DNA from: Eledone cirrhosa
Taxonomy: Eukaryota
DNA length: 64,000 nucleotides
Reading direction: 5' to 3'
NCBI GenBank assembly: GCA_964016885.1
Contig: OZ024742.1
Location: 104,904,001 to 104,968,000, forward strand
The notes under the pieces are model-generated. The model was not told where the DNA came from, searched no databases, and saw only the letters and a list, made by a program, of their open reading frames with translations. Positions 38,684 through 51,769 of this stretch are shown in pieces. The translations under genes were made by a program, and so were the position numbers. Each line of letters opens with the position of its first letter. The stretch's first letter is position 1.

Positions 38684-38925
38684 TGATGGCTGCAAACTCA
38701 CTCTAACAGTATTGCAATCGCTTGTCAGATTCACATGTGTCCCACTCGGATGTGGTTTTTCAAGCCTGCTAGAAACTTGCACTCCTTCGCACATTGACGA
38801 CAACTACAGATCTCCCTGGCCTCAGGTCTTCCTGTGAACCTTCACATGCCACTTCAGTCCTGCTACTGATCGACATTCTTTGCCACATTCATTACATTTT
38901 TCAATACCATGGAGATCATAGTTCA
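38684..38925 (-). mobile_element. RTE (BovB-like) 3' fragment with C-terminal C2H2 finger
   Basis: CRQCAKECKFLAGLKNHIRVGHM*; tail GAGTTTGCAGCCATC shared with 45830-45844. Confidence 0.7.
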
Positions 38926-38957
38926 CTGGTTCACACACATATATATATATACATACA

Positions 38958-39829
38958 CAAGGTGGTATCGAAAAGTTTCCGGACTAGTTCTGTAGCGTGC
39001 CAATAGATGGTAACTCGTGGTTGCATGTGCAGTAAGAGTTAGCAGTGATCTTCATGCGCCAGTGTGCCAAGTGACACCACTATGTTCACTTTGCAATTTG
39101 TGAAATTTGTGTTTTTATGATCACATGTGTACTGAAGCCTGCGATTTTGTTATGAAAAGGAGGTTGGAACAAAGAGCCAACATGAAATCTTGTGTTCAAC
39201 TTGGGAAGTCTTCTACAGAGACATTGAGCATGCTTCAGCGATGGATCGTACACAATATTTCAAGTAGCATGGCCTCTTCAAAAGCAGAAAAACATCCCTG
39301 GAAGATGATGAGCAATCTGGAAGACTTGCCACATACGTCACCCCCGAAAATGTAGAGAAAATTAATCAGCTTGTGCATGAGAATCGTTGGAGGACAATCA
39401 ATGATTTTGCTGATGTTTTGAGGTATTCAGCAAAACCAACTAGATCTGTGGATTGTGAAGAATTGGATTCTTCACAATGACAATGCACCCTGTCACCCAG
39501 CTCTCTGCACTCATGAGTTACTAACCCAAAACAACATTGTATTGCTTCCACACCCCTCTCTATGTGCCAGATTTAGCACCTGCAGTCTTCTATCTCTTTT
39601 CCATGCAGAAAATGTTGCTCAAATGTTACTCTTTTAACACTGAGATCCAGAAAAAATTGCAGAAAGTGTACAGAAAACGACTTCCAGGGTGGATTCCAAA
39701 AGTGGCAGGAATGCTAGAACCAGTGTATTGCTGTGCAAGGTGACTATTTCGAAGAAGATGATGTTAAAACATAGGTAAACATATTAGTTTTTTTAAAACA
39801 TAACTAGGGAACTTTTTGATACCACCTCA
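38958..39829 (+). mobile_element. Internally deleted mariner transposon
   Basis: TIRs CAAGGTGGTATCGAAAAGTT / AACTTTTTGATACCACCTCA-TA; transposase relics EQRANMKSCVQLGKSSTET, WILHNDNAPCH, YVPDLAP (YSPDLAP). Confidence 0.9.
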
Positions 39830-40870
39830 TATATACATAAATACACATATATGTATATATATATATAACGACTTGTTTGGCAAGCTTTCTATGACTGGAT
39901 TCTCTTTTTATCACCAACCACTTTACAGCGTTTACTTGGTGTGTTTATTGCAGAGATCACCAACAATAGAGAGGTTATGTCGTTGACATGCCTAAAGAGT
40001 ACTCTCAACACTTTTATGCATGGTGTCTATAGTGGGGTACCTTTCATGTTGCTAACCACCCTTCAGGTGTGTACCCAGTGCATTTTCATAGCATCATCAC
40101 TAGAGAGGTTGTATACTTATATATGTAATGCTGTTTTATTTACTCACTACTAACCACTCAACAATGAAATAGTAGTGACTGTTGTTTTAGTCAGTCAAGC
40201 ACACACACACACACACAGACAAGTATGCATATGCACACACATATACAGACAAGTATGCATGCACATGCACACACACACACACGCATGTGCATACATGCAC
40301 ACACATGTGCATCCATGCACACACACACACACGTGTGCATCCATGTACACACACACACAACCACCACCATCACTACCCCCCCCCCCTCGAAACATACATT
40401 CACTTAATTATGTGTACATACATTTTATTAAACATTAAATGGCACATTACCATTTGCACAAATTGCCTGTACCATATCTTGTCCTGTTTCTAGGCGTAAA
40501 ACATTTTTTTATTATTTGTTTACATACTTGCTTTGTGGTTGTCTCTATGCTGTTTTTTTGTCTCATATACATAATTTCAGCAGCTTGTTCAAGTTGTCAT
40601 CAAACTTGGGTTCAGTATTACGCAATGTCACTCTTACATACGAAATGTCATTGCCTAGTAATTAGTCAACAAAGAAGATAATTGCTTTTATTTGTTTGTC
40701 CTACTCTAGAGAGAGAGAGACCCTAAATTAGATTGGCTAGACTAAACTTCAAATATCTCCCAAATCCTATCCCAGTTTTAGAAGAAGAAAAAAAGACATC
40801 CAGAAGAATATATTGTTATAAAATGTCTAAAGAAATGCAATGGTCATGGCTAGAATGGATTCATCATATC

Positions 40871-41082
40871 TCTACTGAATCAGGTGACCAGTGTTGTAAC
40901 ATGGGTTTTAATTATAGTTCTACTGGATCAGGTTACCACTGTTGTAACATGGGTTTTGATCATAGCTCTACTGGATCAGGTTACCACTGTTGTAACATGG
41001 GTTTTGATCATAGCTCTACTGGATCAGGTTACCACTGTTGTAACATGGGTTTTGATCATAGCTCTACTGGATCAGGTGACCA
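40871..41082. repeat. 48-bp minisatellite x~4.4 (TACTGGATCAGGTTACCACTGTTGTAACATGGGTTTTGATCATAGCTC)
   Basis: Direct reading; inner units identical, no variable spacers. Confidence 0.92.
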
Positions 41083-41174
41083 CAACTAAGAAACTAACAA
41101 AAACAAAAATCTGTAACAACAGAGAAAGTTGCATGTAAATATATTGCCATCCTACAAAGAGCTTCAATTAGCCA

Positions 41175-41640
41175 ATGAGTGAGTCTCTAGAGCCAACTGG
41201 GAAGGACTTTACCTCCAGAAAACCCCAAGCATGGTCAGCTTGCAACAAGTTAGACTGTATTTGGCACTCCAGTCTTCTTAACCCCTCCAAAGTCAGACTC
41301 TTCCAAGTCACAATCCAGCCACTACTATTCTATGGTAGTGAGACTTGGACACTCTCAGCCAAGCAACAGGGACATCTTGATAGAGCCTATAGATCACTTC
41401 TTAGACACTCTCAAAACATAAGCTGGAAGGAACACAAGACTCTCCAAGAAAGATATAATGGTCTGCTGCATATAACTGATATTATACATAGAAAGAAGGT
41501 GAGGTTTGCTGACCATTGTCATTAGGCCTAAAAAATGAAGCTGTGACCTCTTTAGTGCTTTGGAAACCAGCATCTGTCTCAAGAGGAAGGGGTTGCAGCA
41601 AGCTCTCATATTCAGATGTCATAGTCAAGGATGAGTAACA
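41175..41640 (+). mobile_element. Degenerate RTE-like LINE C-terminal fragment (separate family)
   Basis: AWSACNKLDCIWHS..KVRLFQVTIQPLLFYGSETWTLS..RFADHC. Confidence 0.8.
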
Positions 41641-41761
41641 GACCCACGTGGAGATCTACCACTGAGTCTATTTTGGCCAAGGCCACAGGATTATGAGAGC
41701 CAACTAACATATCTGAAAATATTTGTCCATCTTCAATTCACATCTTACAATTTTAACCCTG

Positions 41762-41820
<59 letters not shown>

Positions 41821-41822
<2 letters not shown>

Positions 41823-42017
41823 CGAAGGAATTGTGGTAAGGAACCAGATGGACCATAATGCACCAAAGTACTCAATACTTAGGGTAGTAGAGTGGGTAAT
41901 AGGAACAAGTATGACCCCGACGGCAGAGCTCAAGCCGTTTCAACGGCTATTTCTGGACACAGTCCAGAAATACCCTTCGAAACGGCTTGAGGTCTGCCGT
42001 CGGGGTCATATTTGTTC

Positions 42018-42020
<3 letters not shown>
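41821..42020. mobile_element. (TA)n-embedded fold-back element, copy 2, with 58-bp hairpin arms
   Basis: 41901-41958 pairs with 41962-42019 (about 5 mismatches, ACA loop). Confidence 0.85.
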
Positions 42021-42099
<79 letters not shown>

Positions 42100-42129
42100 G
42101 CATATATATATGCATATATATATATATGC

Positions 42130-42470
42130 ATGTACCTGTAACTCTTGATGGAGTCATAAAAGCACTGTTGGGACATACAGCATTATTTGGAGCAATTTAA
42201 ACCTAGTGGGGTTCATCTCTCCAGGTCTGAATACTGATTTCTTCCAAAGAAGAGAGAGAGAGAGGGGGAAGAGGGGGGAATGAGAAAGAGATATAGAGGG
42301 AAAAATCGAACCCAGTACTGGACTGATACTTTTTTTATTGACCTTGAAAGGCTGAAAGGCTGAAAGACTGAAAGGCAAAGTTGACTGCAGTGGAATTTGA
42401 ACTCAAAGAGTGCAGAAAGCTGGAATGCATATCGCAAAGCATTCTATACATTATGTCAGTTCGTCACCTA
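42130..42470 (-). mobile_element. tRNA-derived SINE variant with longer 3' region
   Basis: GAGTTCAAATTCC..GTCAACTTTGCCTTTCA head; related copies at ~42930-43245 (+) and ~61680-61980 (+). Confidence 0.7.
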
Positions 42471-43884
42471 TAACTTTTACATTACAATATTTCTAATGAA
42501 AGCCATTGCATATGATTTTCAAATCATTTTGAAAATAATCAAGAATTTATAGGGATAAAAATTCATTATTGAGGTGGTGTTTGAAACATAGCATAAAGGT
42601 TCTTACATAAAATTATGATGGAAAGTTTTTATATATAAACAAGTTAAAATAAACAACTTTGTATCATAGAACTAGGAACAGTTTTAAACAGTTTGGTATC
42701 AACAGAGTTTAAAAACTTAAGAACCCTAAAAAGAAGACATGATATTCCCAGCTGGAGCATCTTTGATTATATATTCTGTTAGATCTAAACAATTAGATGT
42801 ATTTACAGCTTTTTTCATCCCTCCTTGTTCTTAACCGGTGTCTGGTAAATTCATTGTGGTAGATTCATAGTTTACATTACAGTAAATACATTGGTAATTT
42901 CATTGCAAGTAAATATACAACAAAACAGCAAATTAGCAGAGTTGTTAGAACATTGGATAGAATGTTTTGCAGTATTCATTCTGGCTCTCTGCCCTCAGTG
43001 TTCAAATCCTGCTGAGGTCAGCTTTGCCTTTCATTGTTTCGAGGTTGATAAAATGTTCCAGTCCAGTACTGGAATCAATTCTTCCCCTATATTTCTTTCT
43101 CATTTCCTTTCTATCATTCTCTTCCTTCTTCTTTGGAAGAAATTGGTTGTGTTCAAACTTGGAGAGGGGATGTGCTCCACCAGATACTCTGTATGTCACA
43201 ATAGTGCCCTTACGACTCCATCAGGAATTATGGGTACTGCAAGTAAATATATCACTGGTGCATTTATCATCAGATTTTTTTCATTTGCAGAATAAATACA
43301 TGGCTAACATTATTTGTAGATTATATTTATACATTATTAATATATATATTTTTTATAATAAATATTTAGAATCTGTGTGTCCATTATCGATTCTGAAATT
43401 ATTCAGTTAAATCAATTATTATAGTGATTCCAATTGTTATAATCTACATATTTTGTCTAGAAGTTTAAAAATTAAGAAAAATGAATCCATCAAAATAGCT
43501 TTCCAGCATGTTATGTAAATGTAAAAATTAAATTGTGTTAGTTTTAATAATGTGTGTTTTAATTATTTAGTCAGAAAATGGCCTACTCACTAAATTAGCG
43601 TGTAAGTAGCTGAGCATTCCACAGACTCGTGTACACTTAACATGATTCCCAAGAAGAGTCAGTAGGACAGTTTATTAGAAGGCTGACTCTTTAAATCATG
43701 GGTATACTCCATCTGATGGGCTACCAAGTTGCTTCCATCTACCTAATTTCATAAAAACATATTAAGTTGACCTGAGTCTATGGAAAAAATACTTGCCCAA
43801 GATGCTGCACATTTGGATCAAACCCAGGATCTCATGATTGGAAAACAAATTTCTTAACCATTCAGCCATTCCTGTGTCCACATA

Positions 43885-44066
43885 TGAGGGTCAGCTGAAA
43901 AGTTCATAGTCTAACTGTGAAAGAGTGATGCTAGAGCTGTGGAATTTTGCAGGCATTAATTCCAACTCTTCTAATTAATAACTGTATTGTTTCTTTCCAA
44001 GGACTATGTTGAAAAGTAAACCTCATTTGGTCATTCCATGAGAGTATCTTGGTCAACCAACCCTTG
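43885..44066. mobile_element. mariner-type MITE, right TIR partly deleted
   Basis: TA-TGAGGGTCAGCTGAAAAGTTCATAG...CCCTTG-TA; same family as 60891-61082. Confidence 0.75.
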
Positions 44067-44632
44067 TAGTATATTGCAAGGAAATGAAATAAAAAAGTTA
44101 ATTGCTACTTTGTTATTTAAAAATGTTTCGTCCTTTCTAAATCTCCTTTGAATGACGCTGTGTTGTCTTGAAAAGAAGGGTACACACTGGATAATGTACA
44201 TGTTCTTTTAATTGAAACCAAGTTTATGAGATAATTTTGTATATAGCTGATTTCAGTAAAGACATGTGGCTTAATGGTTAGGATGGGTTCACAATCATAA
44301 GGTCGCAAGTTCAGTTTCTGGCCAAGGACGTGTGTTTTGTACTTGAGCAAGAACTTTATTTATGTTGCTCCAGTTTATTCAGCGGGAAAAAGGTTAGTTC
44401 TGATGACATTGATGCTAAGTTGTATCGGCATTTGCCTTTCTCTTGGATAATATTGAACAGAGTGATACATTATGTTCTTGGGCAAAATACTCTATTTCAC
44501 ACTATTCCTTCTGTCAGGAGTTGCAGCCAACAGATAGCATAAGCAATGGAAAGACAAATGTAAACGTTTCCTTGGTCCAATCTTATGATCAACACCTTTC
44601 TTTTTTTGCATATTGCATTCTTTTTATATTAA

Positions 44633-44852
44633 CCCTTTAGCATTTACATTACTCTATATTTACTATTATATTTTCATGGTAAAGGCTTTACCTCACATAA
44701 TTATCTCACATGATATTGAATCTATGAGATTTTGATATTATCTATTTTGAGAACAATACCTTAACATCAACATGAGTAGCTGGTTACAGCCACTTTGAAC
44801 AGAAAGAGGTGAGAGAATTCTGGCCGGATATGGTTGGTTTAATGCTAAAGGG
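44633..44852. mobile_element. TTAA-flanked piggyBac-like MITE
   Basis: TTAA-CCCTTTAGCATT...AATGCTAAAGGG-TTAA. Confidence 0.85.
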
Positions 44853-45323
44853 TTAATTGTAAATTTTTACATTCTTTTCTAGCAATTATTGCAAGATTTT
44901 ATCTTTAAAATCTTTTTTTTGCAATTTAGTTAAAATCTTTTCATAATGCAAGATATTTTAGTCTATAAATAAAAAAAAAAAATACCTGATGATAAATTTA
45001 CTGGTGATGAAATTATTCTGTGATTTATTTACCTGCAAGATGAAATTACAGATGATGTAGTTAACATGATGTATTTACTATGATGAAATTATTACCAGAA
45101 TTTACTATGAATCATTCTTAATCACCCTATTAATTCTGCCTGAAATTATCTCTGCAAGTGGATACTCAGTCAGGCCTACAAGACTGGGCTTTCACACTAA
45201 TATTCTTCATTCTACATACCTCTAGTTGTGGTACTTCTATGTCTTCTACCTTTTCACTTATGTCATATATACACTATACTCACATGTTTAAGTGTGTGTG
45301 TGTGTATGTGATTGTATATATGT

Positions 45324-45844
45324 GTCAGGTCGCTCTCGAGTGCTACTGGTAACATGTAATCCAGTAAACCTGTTTCATGGTTGGGTCGTCGGTGACTAAA
45401 CCGACAACCCCACCAAGCTAACTTGGTGAGGAGGGTGATATTATTTGGACACCCTGCAGGATGAAATACAAGACCCAGAAAAGGGCGGAGGAACTCAGCA
45501 GAATCAACAGCCATCCAAATAGTACTTTTTTTTTTTTTTAACCTGGGAGTGAGAAGCTCCCAGTGGTTGTCATAACACCTTTCTAGGAGAGGGAAACTCG
45601 GAAAAAAGACCTGCGGCTTCGGAAGCAGCCAATGATGTTGACTAGTTCTCCTTTTCAGGTAGTATTTGTGATGCTCAAAGAGTGGGATTGGTCGAATGCA
45701 AGGCCTTTCCCCACTTAAAAAAACCTTCAAAGCACAGGCATTGCTTGTTCAGGGTCTGTTACAGGTTCGTTGACTAGCTGTAGCCTAGAAGTGCACCTAA
45801 CCTGACAAGCGATTGCTGTACTCTTAGCAGAGTTTGCAGCCATC
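45324..45844 (+). mobile_element. Bipartite non-autonomous RTE element, second family
   Basis: 5' part homologous to 38499-38100 (CTAGGAGAGGGAAACTC, CCAATGATGTTGAC, GCACAGGCATTGCTT); 3' tail matches the RTE at 38684. Confidence 0.7.
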
Positions 45845-46079
45845 ATATATCATCATCATCATCATCATCATCATCATCGTTTAACGTCCGTGTTCCATGC
45901 TTGCATGGGTTTGGACGGGAGTTTTCCCACTTGAGGCAAGAGTGGTTGTCTTGCTCGCATAGGACTGTCTGGCGGGTTTTCTACAGTTGGATGCCCTTCC
46001 TAACACCAACCACATTTACAGTGTGGGGCTGGGAGGTTTTTACCGTGTTGCCTACACGGCCACATTACAGCGTGGACTG

Positions 46080-46128
<49 letters not shown>

Positions 46129-47759
46129 TGACAATGAGGATATATATATGTATGTATGTATATACATCATCACCATTTAACATCTGTTTCCCTACTATCA
46201 AGATACTAGTATAGACAAGATTTAAAGTAAAAATAATGTTTAATTTAATAATTCCTTGATGACATTCTCTCTAGAGATGCTTGAATTTTGAGTTTTCTTA
46301 AGGTCAACAAAACATATGTTCCTGGTGTGGCTCCGTTGTAGTAACTGGCCATAATAATTATATTCAAACTCACCCTACAGACTTAAGTTGCTCTATACCT
46401 TGGATATTTCTACCTAAGTTATTACCACTATCTGTGTGTATGTGTGTGTGCGTGCACAGATATATATGTGTATCTATATAAATATGAATATTAATATATT
46501 TAATTTTCATTCCTCAAATTAAAATATATATATATGTAGCATCCTTCCTTTCAAATACCAAACCTTCAGATAGTTTTGCCCAAATGGGTGATTATTAACA
46601 CATGGTATAGGGATGGGATGGTACAGAGATGAATGGTATAGAGATGGGTGGTATAGAGATGGAGTGGGGATGATATAACATGGGAGATAGGAATGGGATA
46701 GAATTAGATGGGACCAGTTGTTGAAGAAGAGGCAGCCATGCAAATAATGCCACAGTGTAATATCAAAAGTTTAGCTCAGACAAAGTTTAAAAGGTGTTTG
46801 TCATCAAACATTGCAAAACATATGAAAATATGTCATGGGTGGAGTATTATTAAAAACCTTGCTTTGGTTTGAACTTTCATGACTGAAGTATATGTGTGTG
46901 TGTGTATATATATATATACATATGTATGTGTGTATATATATATATATGTGTGTGTGCGTGCCCATGTAGGGAAAATAGTGTTTGAAAAATGCAATGACCT
47001 TTTGGTTATTTATAAGGTTTTCATATTAATGTACCAAGTAATTTGATGATTATTTATCTATTCTTGTTTACTTTTACCAGTTTCAGCTGTATTTACAGCC
47101 TTTTCAAAAATAATTTTGTTACAGTCTTTTTTTAAATATTTTTTTTTTATATTTTTCTCACATAGTTGGTCGTTTGTGTTCTTGTTGAACACAATGGATG
47201 TAACTGGTTTTATATTTGTCACTCATACTGAGGAGAATATGATTCATTACATTGGACATAATTCGGGGTTAATAAAAAAATGTTTAAGTGTGTAAAAAAA
47301 TGAGTTTGGGTTGGAATTTACTTATGAAAAATCTTTCCCTATTTATACAATTTTCTTGAGTTAAATTTTCACTACGCTGGTAGAATGGGAAGACATCGAA
47401 GCATTACCCCACATTACCCAACAAGGTACAAAGTATGCTACAGGACAATACATACCATGATTACAAATTCCATAAAGTGATAAATAAATCACTGCCCAAC
47501 TGCTAAAGAATTAGACTATCTCACTAATTTTAGATGTAAAACCAATAATCTCTATGGTTTGCCATAAATTAATTAATGAGACATGCAAAAACCAATTGTG
47601 TTAATATATCCATACCAACTGATTTAAAACTAAAAGCCTATTATGGCAGGCCCAATTTGTGAAACAAAGCAATTTCGTAGACATTTTATTGAAACCGCTT
47701 CTCAGAAACACAGAGTTTCATACGAGATGATTTAGATTTTCTCAACCAGCCACCAGATA

Positions 47760-48097
47760 ATTGTTTCTACTTTTGGCACAAGGCCAGCAATTACTCAGTA
47801 CATTACTGGTACTTTATTTTATCGACCCCGTAAGGATGAAAGGCAAAGTTAACCTCGGTGGGATTTGAACTCAGACCGTAAAGGGACGTAACTATGCTAG
47901 AAAGCATGGTGTCCAACCAGCCACCAAATAATTGTTTCTACTTTTTGGCACAAGGCCAGCAATTACCCAGTGTATTACTGGTACTTTATTTTATCGACCC
48001 CGTAAGGATGAAAGGCAAAGTTAACCTCGACGGGATTTGAACTCATAATGGAAAAAGCCGTAACTCTTTGCGTCAACCAATACTACCAATCCACCGA
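47760..48097 (-). mobile_element. Two tandem SINEs nested in the Penelope RT
   Basis: Same family as 10679; nested duplications CAACCAGCCACCA(G/A)ATAAT and ACCAAATAAT. Confidence 0.85.
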
Positions 48098-49551
48098 CCA
48101 AATAATGTAAGCCAAAACGCTTACATGGTCCCATTGGATGTTGTGAGCATATACAGTAACATTCCATATAATTATGGAATCAAAGTCATTGAATACTGGG
48201 TAGACTAATTCCCTTATAAACTACCAGACCACCTTGATAAGAATTTCATCATAGATAGACTTCAATTCATTTTAAAACACAATTATTTCATGTTCAATGA
48301 AATAGATAACCGACAGAAATCAGGAACAGCCATGGGGACAAAAGTTGTGCCAACATATTCATGGGATCTAGTCATGGGATACCATGAATTACAAATTTAC
48401 AAATAAAAAAAAAGAAGAAATTTATGGGAATAATTTTGGCAACTACATAAAAGAAAACTGGAAGAGGTATTTGGATGACCGCTTCATATTGTGGAGGGAG
48501 AATGTTGACCAACTAAAGAAATTTAAAACACACAACAATGATATAAACCAGAACTCACTATGGATTTTAGCAATACAAATCTTCCAGTTTTAGATATCCT
48601 AATAACAAAAAGTAACAGAACATTAGAAACTGACATAAAAACCTACTGACTCCTGATAATACCTCCTTTTTACATTTTCTCATCCATCACACACCTGTAC
48701 CAACACTCCTTTTAACCTGGCCAAGTGAATCTGTACAATAGTCTCAAACCCAACAACCAGAGATCACAGACTAGAAGAGATGAAATAAATACTATCAAGA
48801 GAAAGTACCTTTAGAATTTAATCAACAATGGTATCCAAAAAGCTAGTCAAATCAATATTCAAACACTCTGAGAAACAAAACTAAAACAAGAAAAAAAGGT
48901 CATACCATACATTTCAACTTTCAATCCAAAGAACACAGAGATATACAACTAAACTTAACTATCTTACTAAAGGACAAGAAAATGAAAAAAAATTGACAAA
49001 AACACCCAATCATAAAAAGTAAACAACAACAAAAATCACTATAAAGATACTAATGAATGCAAAACTGCACACCATTACTAAAGAATCTAAAGTAAAAAAA
49101 AGTGCAATTGACCTCACTGAAGAGTGTGCCGCTATCAGTTAGAGGGCAATGAATTTAATTTCAAAGATGGTCCCACCTTTAAAATTAAAAATGACTCAGA
49201 GAATATAATATAGATTATAACATGTAAAGGCTGCCACGAACATTATATTGGACAAAGAGACAATTCACTTCAAAGACAGTTCACCATCAACAAATCAGAG
49301 ACCCACACACCAGAAATATCCCTCTAAGCCAACATATATGTGGAGAATGAATTCTGCCAAATTTCGATGTCTTCCTATTCTACCAATGTAGTGAAAATTT
49401 CACTCGGGGAAACCGTAATAATAAAGAAAGATTTTTCATTAGAAAATTCCAACCAAAGTTCAAATTTTTAACTTAAGAAAAAATTATTTTATTAAAAAAA
49501 AAAAGCCTGAATAAAAGTGACCAATCACATGAAATAAAGATAAAAGAAATT

Positions 49552-49593
49552 TTTTTTGAAAAGGCTGTAAACACAGCTGAAACCGGTAATAGG
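49552..49593 (+). ncRNA. Degenerate minimal hammerhead ribozyme motif in Penelope pLTR
   Basis: TTGAAAA (for CUGANGA)-GGCTG/CAGCT stem II-GAAA-palindromic ACCGGT; inverted copy at ~47070-47110; core mutated. Confidence 0.55.
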
Positions 49594-49745
49594 AAACAAG
49601 AATAGATAAATAATCATCAAATTATTTGGCACAAGAATACAGAAAACTTTTAGATAACCAAAAGGTCAGTCATTGCATTTTTCAAATCCTATTTTCTCTA
49701 TAACACATGATTTGTAAAGAAACCCCTAACTTTTTTTTTTCACTA

Positions 49746-49833
<88 letters not shown>

Positions 49834-51329
49834 CGTGTGCACGTGTGTGTGCGTGTGTGTATGTATGTAAATGTAAATAAATAAAGTTGAAATAAAGAAT
49901 TAGTCATCTTCCATCTGTGAAAAAGTTCTTTTGTACACACAAACACTCACATTCATACACACACACACACATTCACACAGACACATATTCATACACACAC
50001 ACACATTCACACAAACATTCACATTCATATACACACATTCACACACATTCACACACATTCATACACACACACACACATTCACACAAACACACACATTCAC
50101 ACAGACACACACACACGCGCATTCATACATACACACACACATTCACACACACACACACACACACATTCACACAGACACACTAGTATATTCTTTCTCCTAC
50201 TTATATTTATTCCTATAATCTCTCTATCTGTTTCTCTCACCTTAATTATCTTTGTATGTATGAAGATATATGTATATGTGTATATAAATATGTATATGTG
50301 CGTTCATGTGTATACTCACACGTGGAAACAAAAGGAAACAATTAGGATATATATATATATGCATGTGTGTTTGTGTTTGTATGTGTATATATACTTATGT
50401 ATATATGTATGTGTATGAAGACACACATACCTATGTGATATATATGTATAGATGTATGCCATGCCCCACCACCACTACCACCACACATATATAAGAACAA
50501 CTGGCCAATTTTAACAATTCCCATCTCTTCTGGCAGTACACCTTGCTTACCATATTAGAACCCCTTGTATTCCATCAATGTCTATTATTTCACAGCTAAA
50601 TTTTTTTTCGTATTTGTTATTATTTCTTCAAGAAAAAGGAATTCCAGATATTTGTAACAGTTCTTAATAAAAGAAGTATATAAATGGAGCAAAATGTTTG
50701 TAGAATCCTTTAACTATTTTTTGCAACTCATGTGAAACAGAAAAACAAATGCTGGCTCAGCATCAGATTGCTGTTCTTTGGAATAATATGGTGCTAGGTT
50801 CAAATCCCCATTCAGATAACTAATTAATTATTTAGATTAAATATCTAAAAGTTTCTGAGATGAATTAATGTTGATAAGATTAGAATTTTTCAGACTTTTA
50901 ACTTGATCTTTGTAGATGAACATTTCAAAAATATTTATATTTGCACTGCAAGGAAGATATTGGACAAAGTTGTAAAGAATAACATCAGGAAACTGAATCT
51001 CATAAAGTATAGATGACAACAGGATTGAGTTGACTGACAATTTGATACACTACAAAAGCGCTGCAAAGCTAAAAATAAATAACTACATGGAGTGGTGAGA
51101 TATTTCTAGCTTGTAGTGAACAAGACAATTTCTCTAGTATTGGGATCACAATGGAATGTACTCTGTAAACTGTTGAATGAACAAACTGTGACGATGTATA
51201 GTAGAGGAGACCATTAAGCTTTGTCAAGGACTTAACAAACTATTTAGTGTTGGAGCCATGATAAAATACAGTACACTCTGTAACGTGGCAGGTGACTGAA
51301 TGAAAACAATATAGAGTAGAACAGACTCT

Positions 51330-51720
51330 TCAGTCCTGTCAAGTACATAACTACATACCATAATAGAATGCACCCAATACATTCTGTGAAGTGGTAATGT
51401 TGTTGCTATGATGAAATGCATTCAATACATTCTGTGAAATGGTAAACTTGATGCTATGATGAAATGCACCTAATACATTCTGTGCAGTGGTAATGTTGGT
51501 GTTATGATGAAATGTACCACAAATACATTCTGTGAAGGTGAAGTGATAGTGTTGGTGCTATGATAAAATGTACCCAGAATAGTCTGTAAAGAGCTTGACA
51601 ATAGGAAGAACATCCAGCTATAGAAATCATGCCAGAGTAGGGAATGTATGAGCAATGTGTGGTTCACTGATTCATCTTGTCTTGGACAGTGGTAACCTGT
51701 GCAGCCTATGAAATGATGCT
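51330..51720 (+). repeat. SINE-derived region with ~48-bp diverged tandem repeats (AATACATTCTGTGAAGTGGTAATGTTG...)
   Basis: About five units followed by an AGGAAGAACATCCAGCTATAGAAA motif. Confidence 0.6.
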
Positions 51721-51769
51721 TAAGACAGTGACATGTTGAGTAGAATGATTGGAGGAACGGAAGTGATGA

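Larger units (their letters stand above)
46966..49700 (+). mobile_element. Penelope-like element (degenerate RT and GIY-YIG) with inverted 3'-end copy at the left
   Basis: IRDDLDFLN, LDVVSIYSNIP, RQKSGTAMGTK, WKRYLDD, ITCKGCHEHYIGQ, FFIRKFQPKF; 46966-47400 is an inverted copy of 49363-49700. Confidence 0.88.

Noticed and set aside
40871-41082. CRISPR-like array
   Set aside because: Contiguous identical units without unique spacers; eukaryotic context and no cas genes
50837-51070. Minus-strand ORF with acceptor-like sites (also 52529-52717 and 54070-54160)
   Set aside because: No convincing donor or recognisable protein; expected by chance in AT-rich DNA
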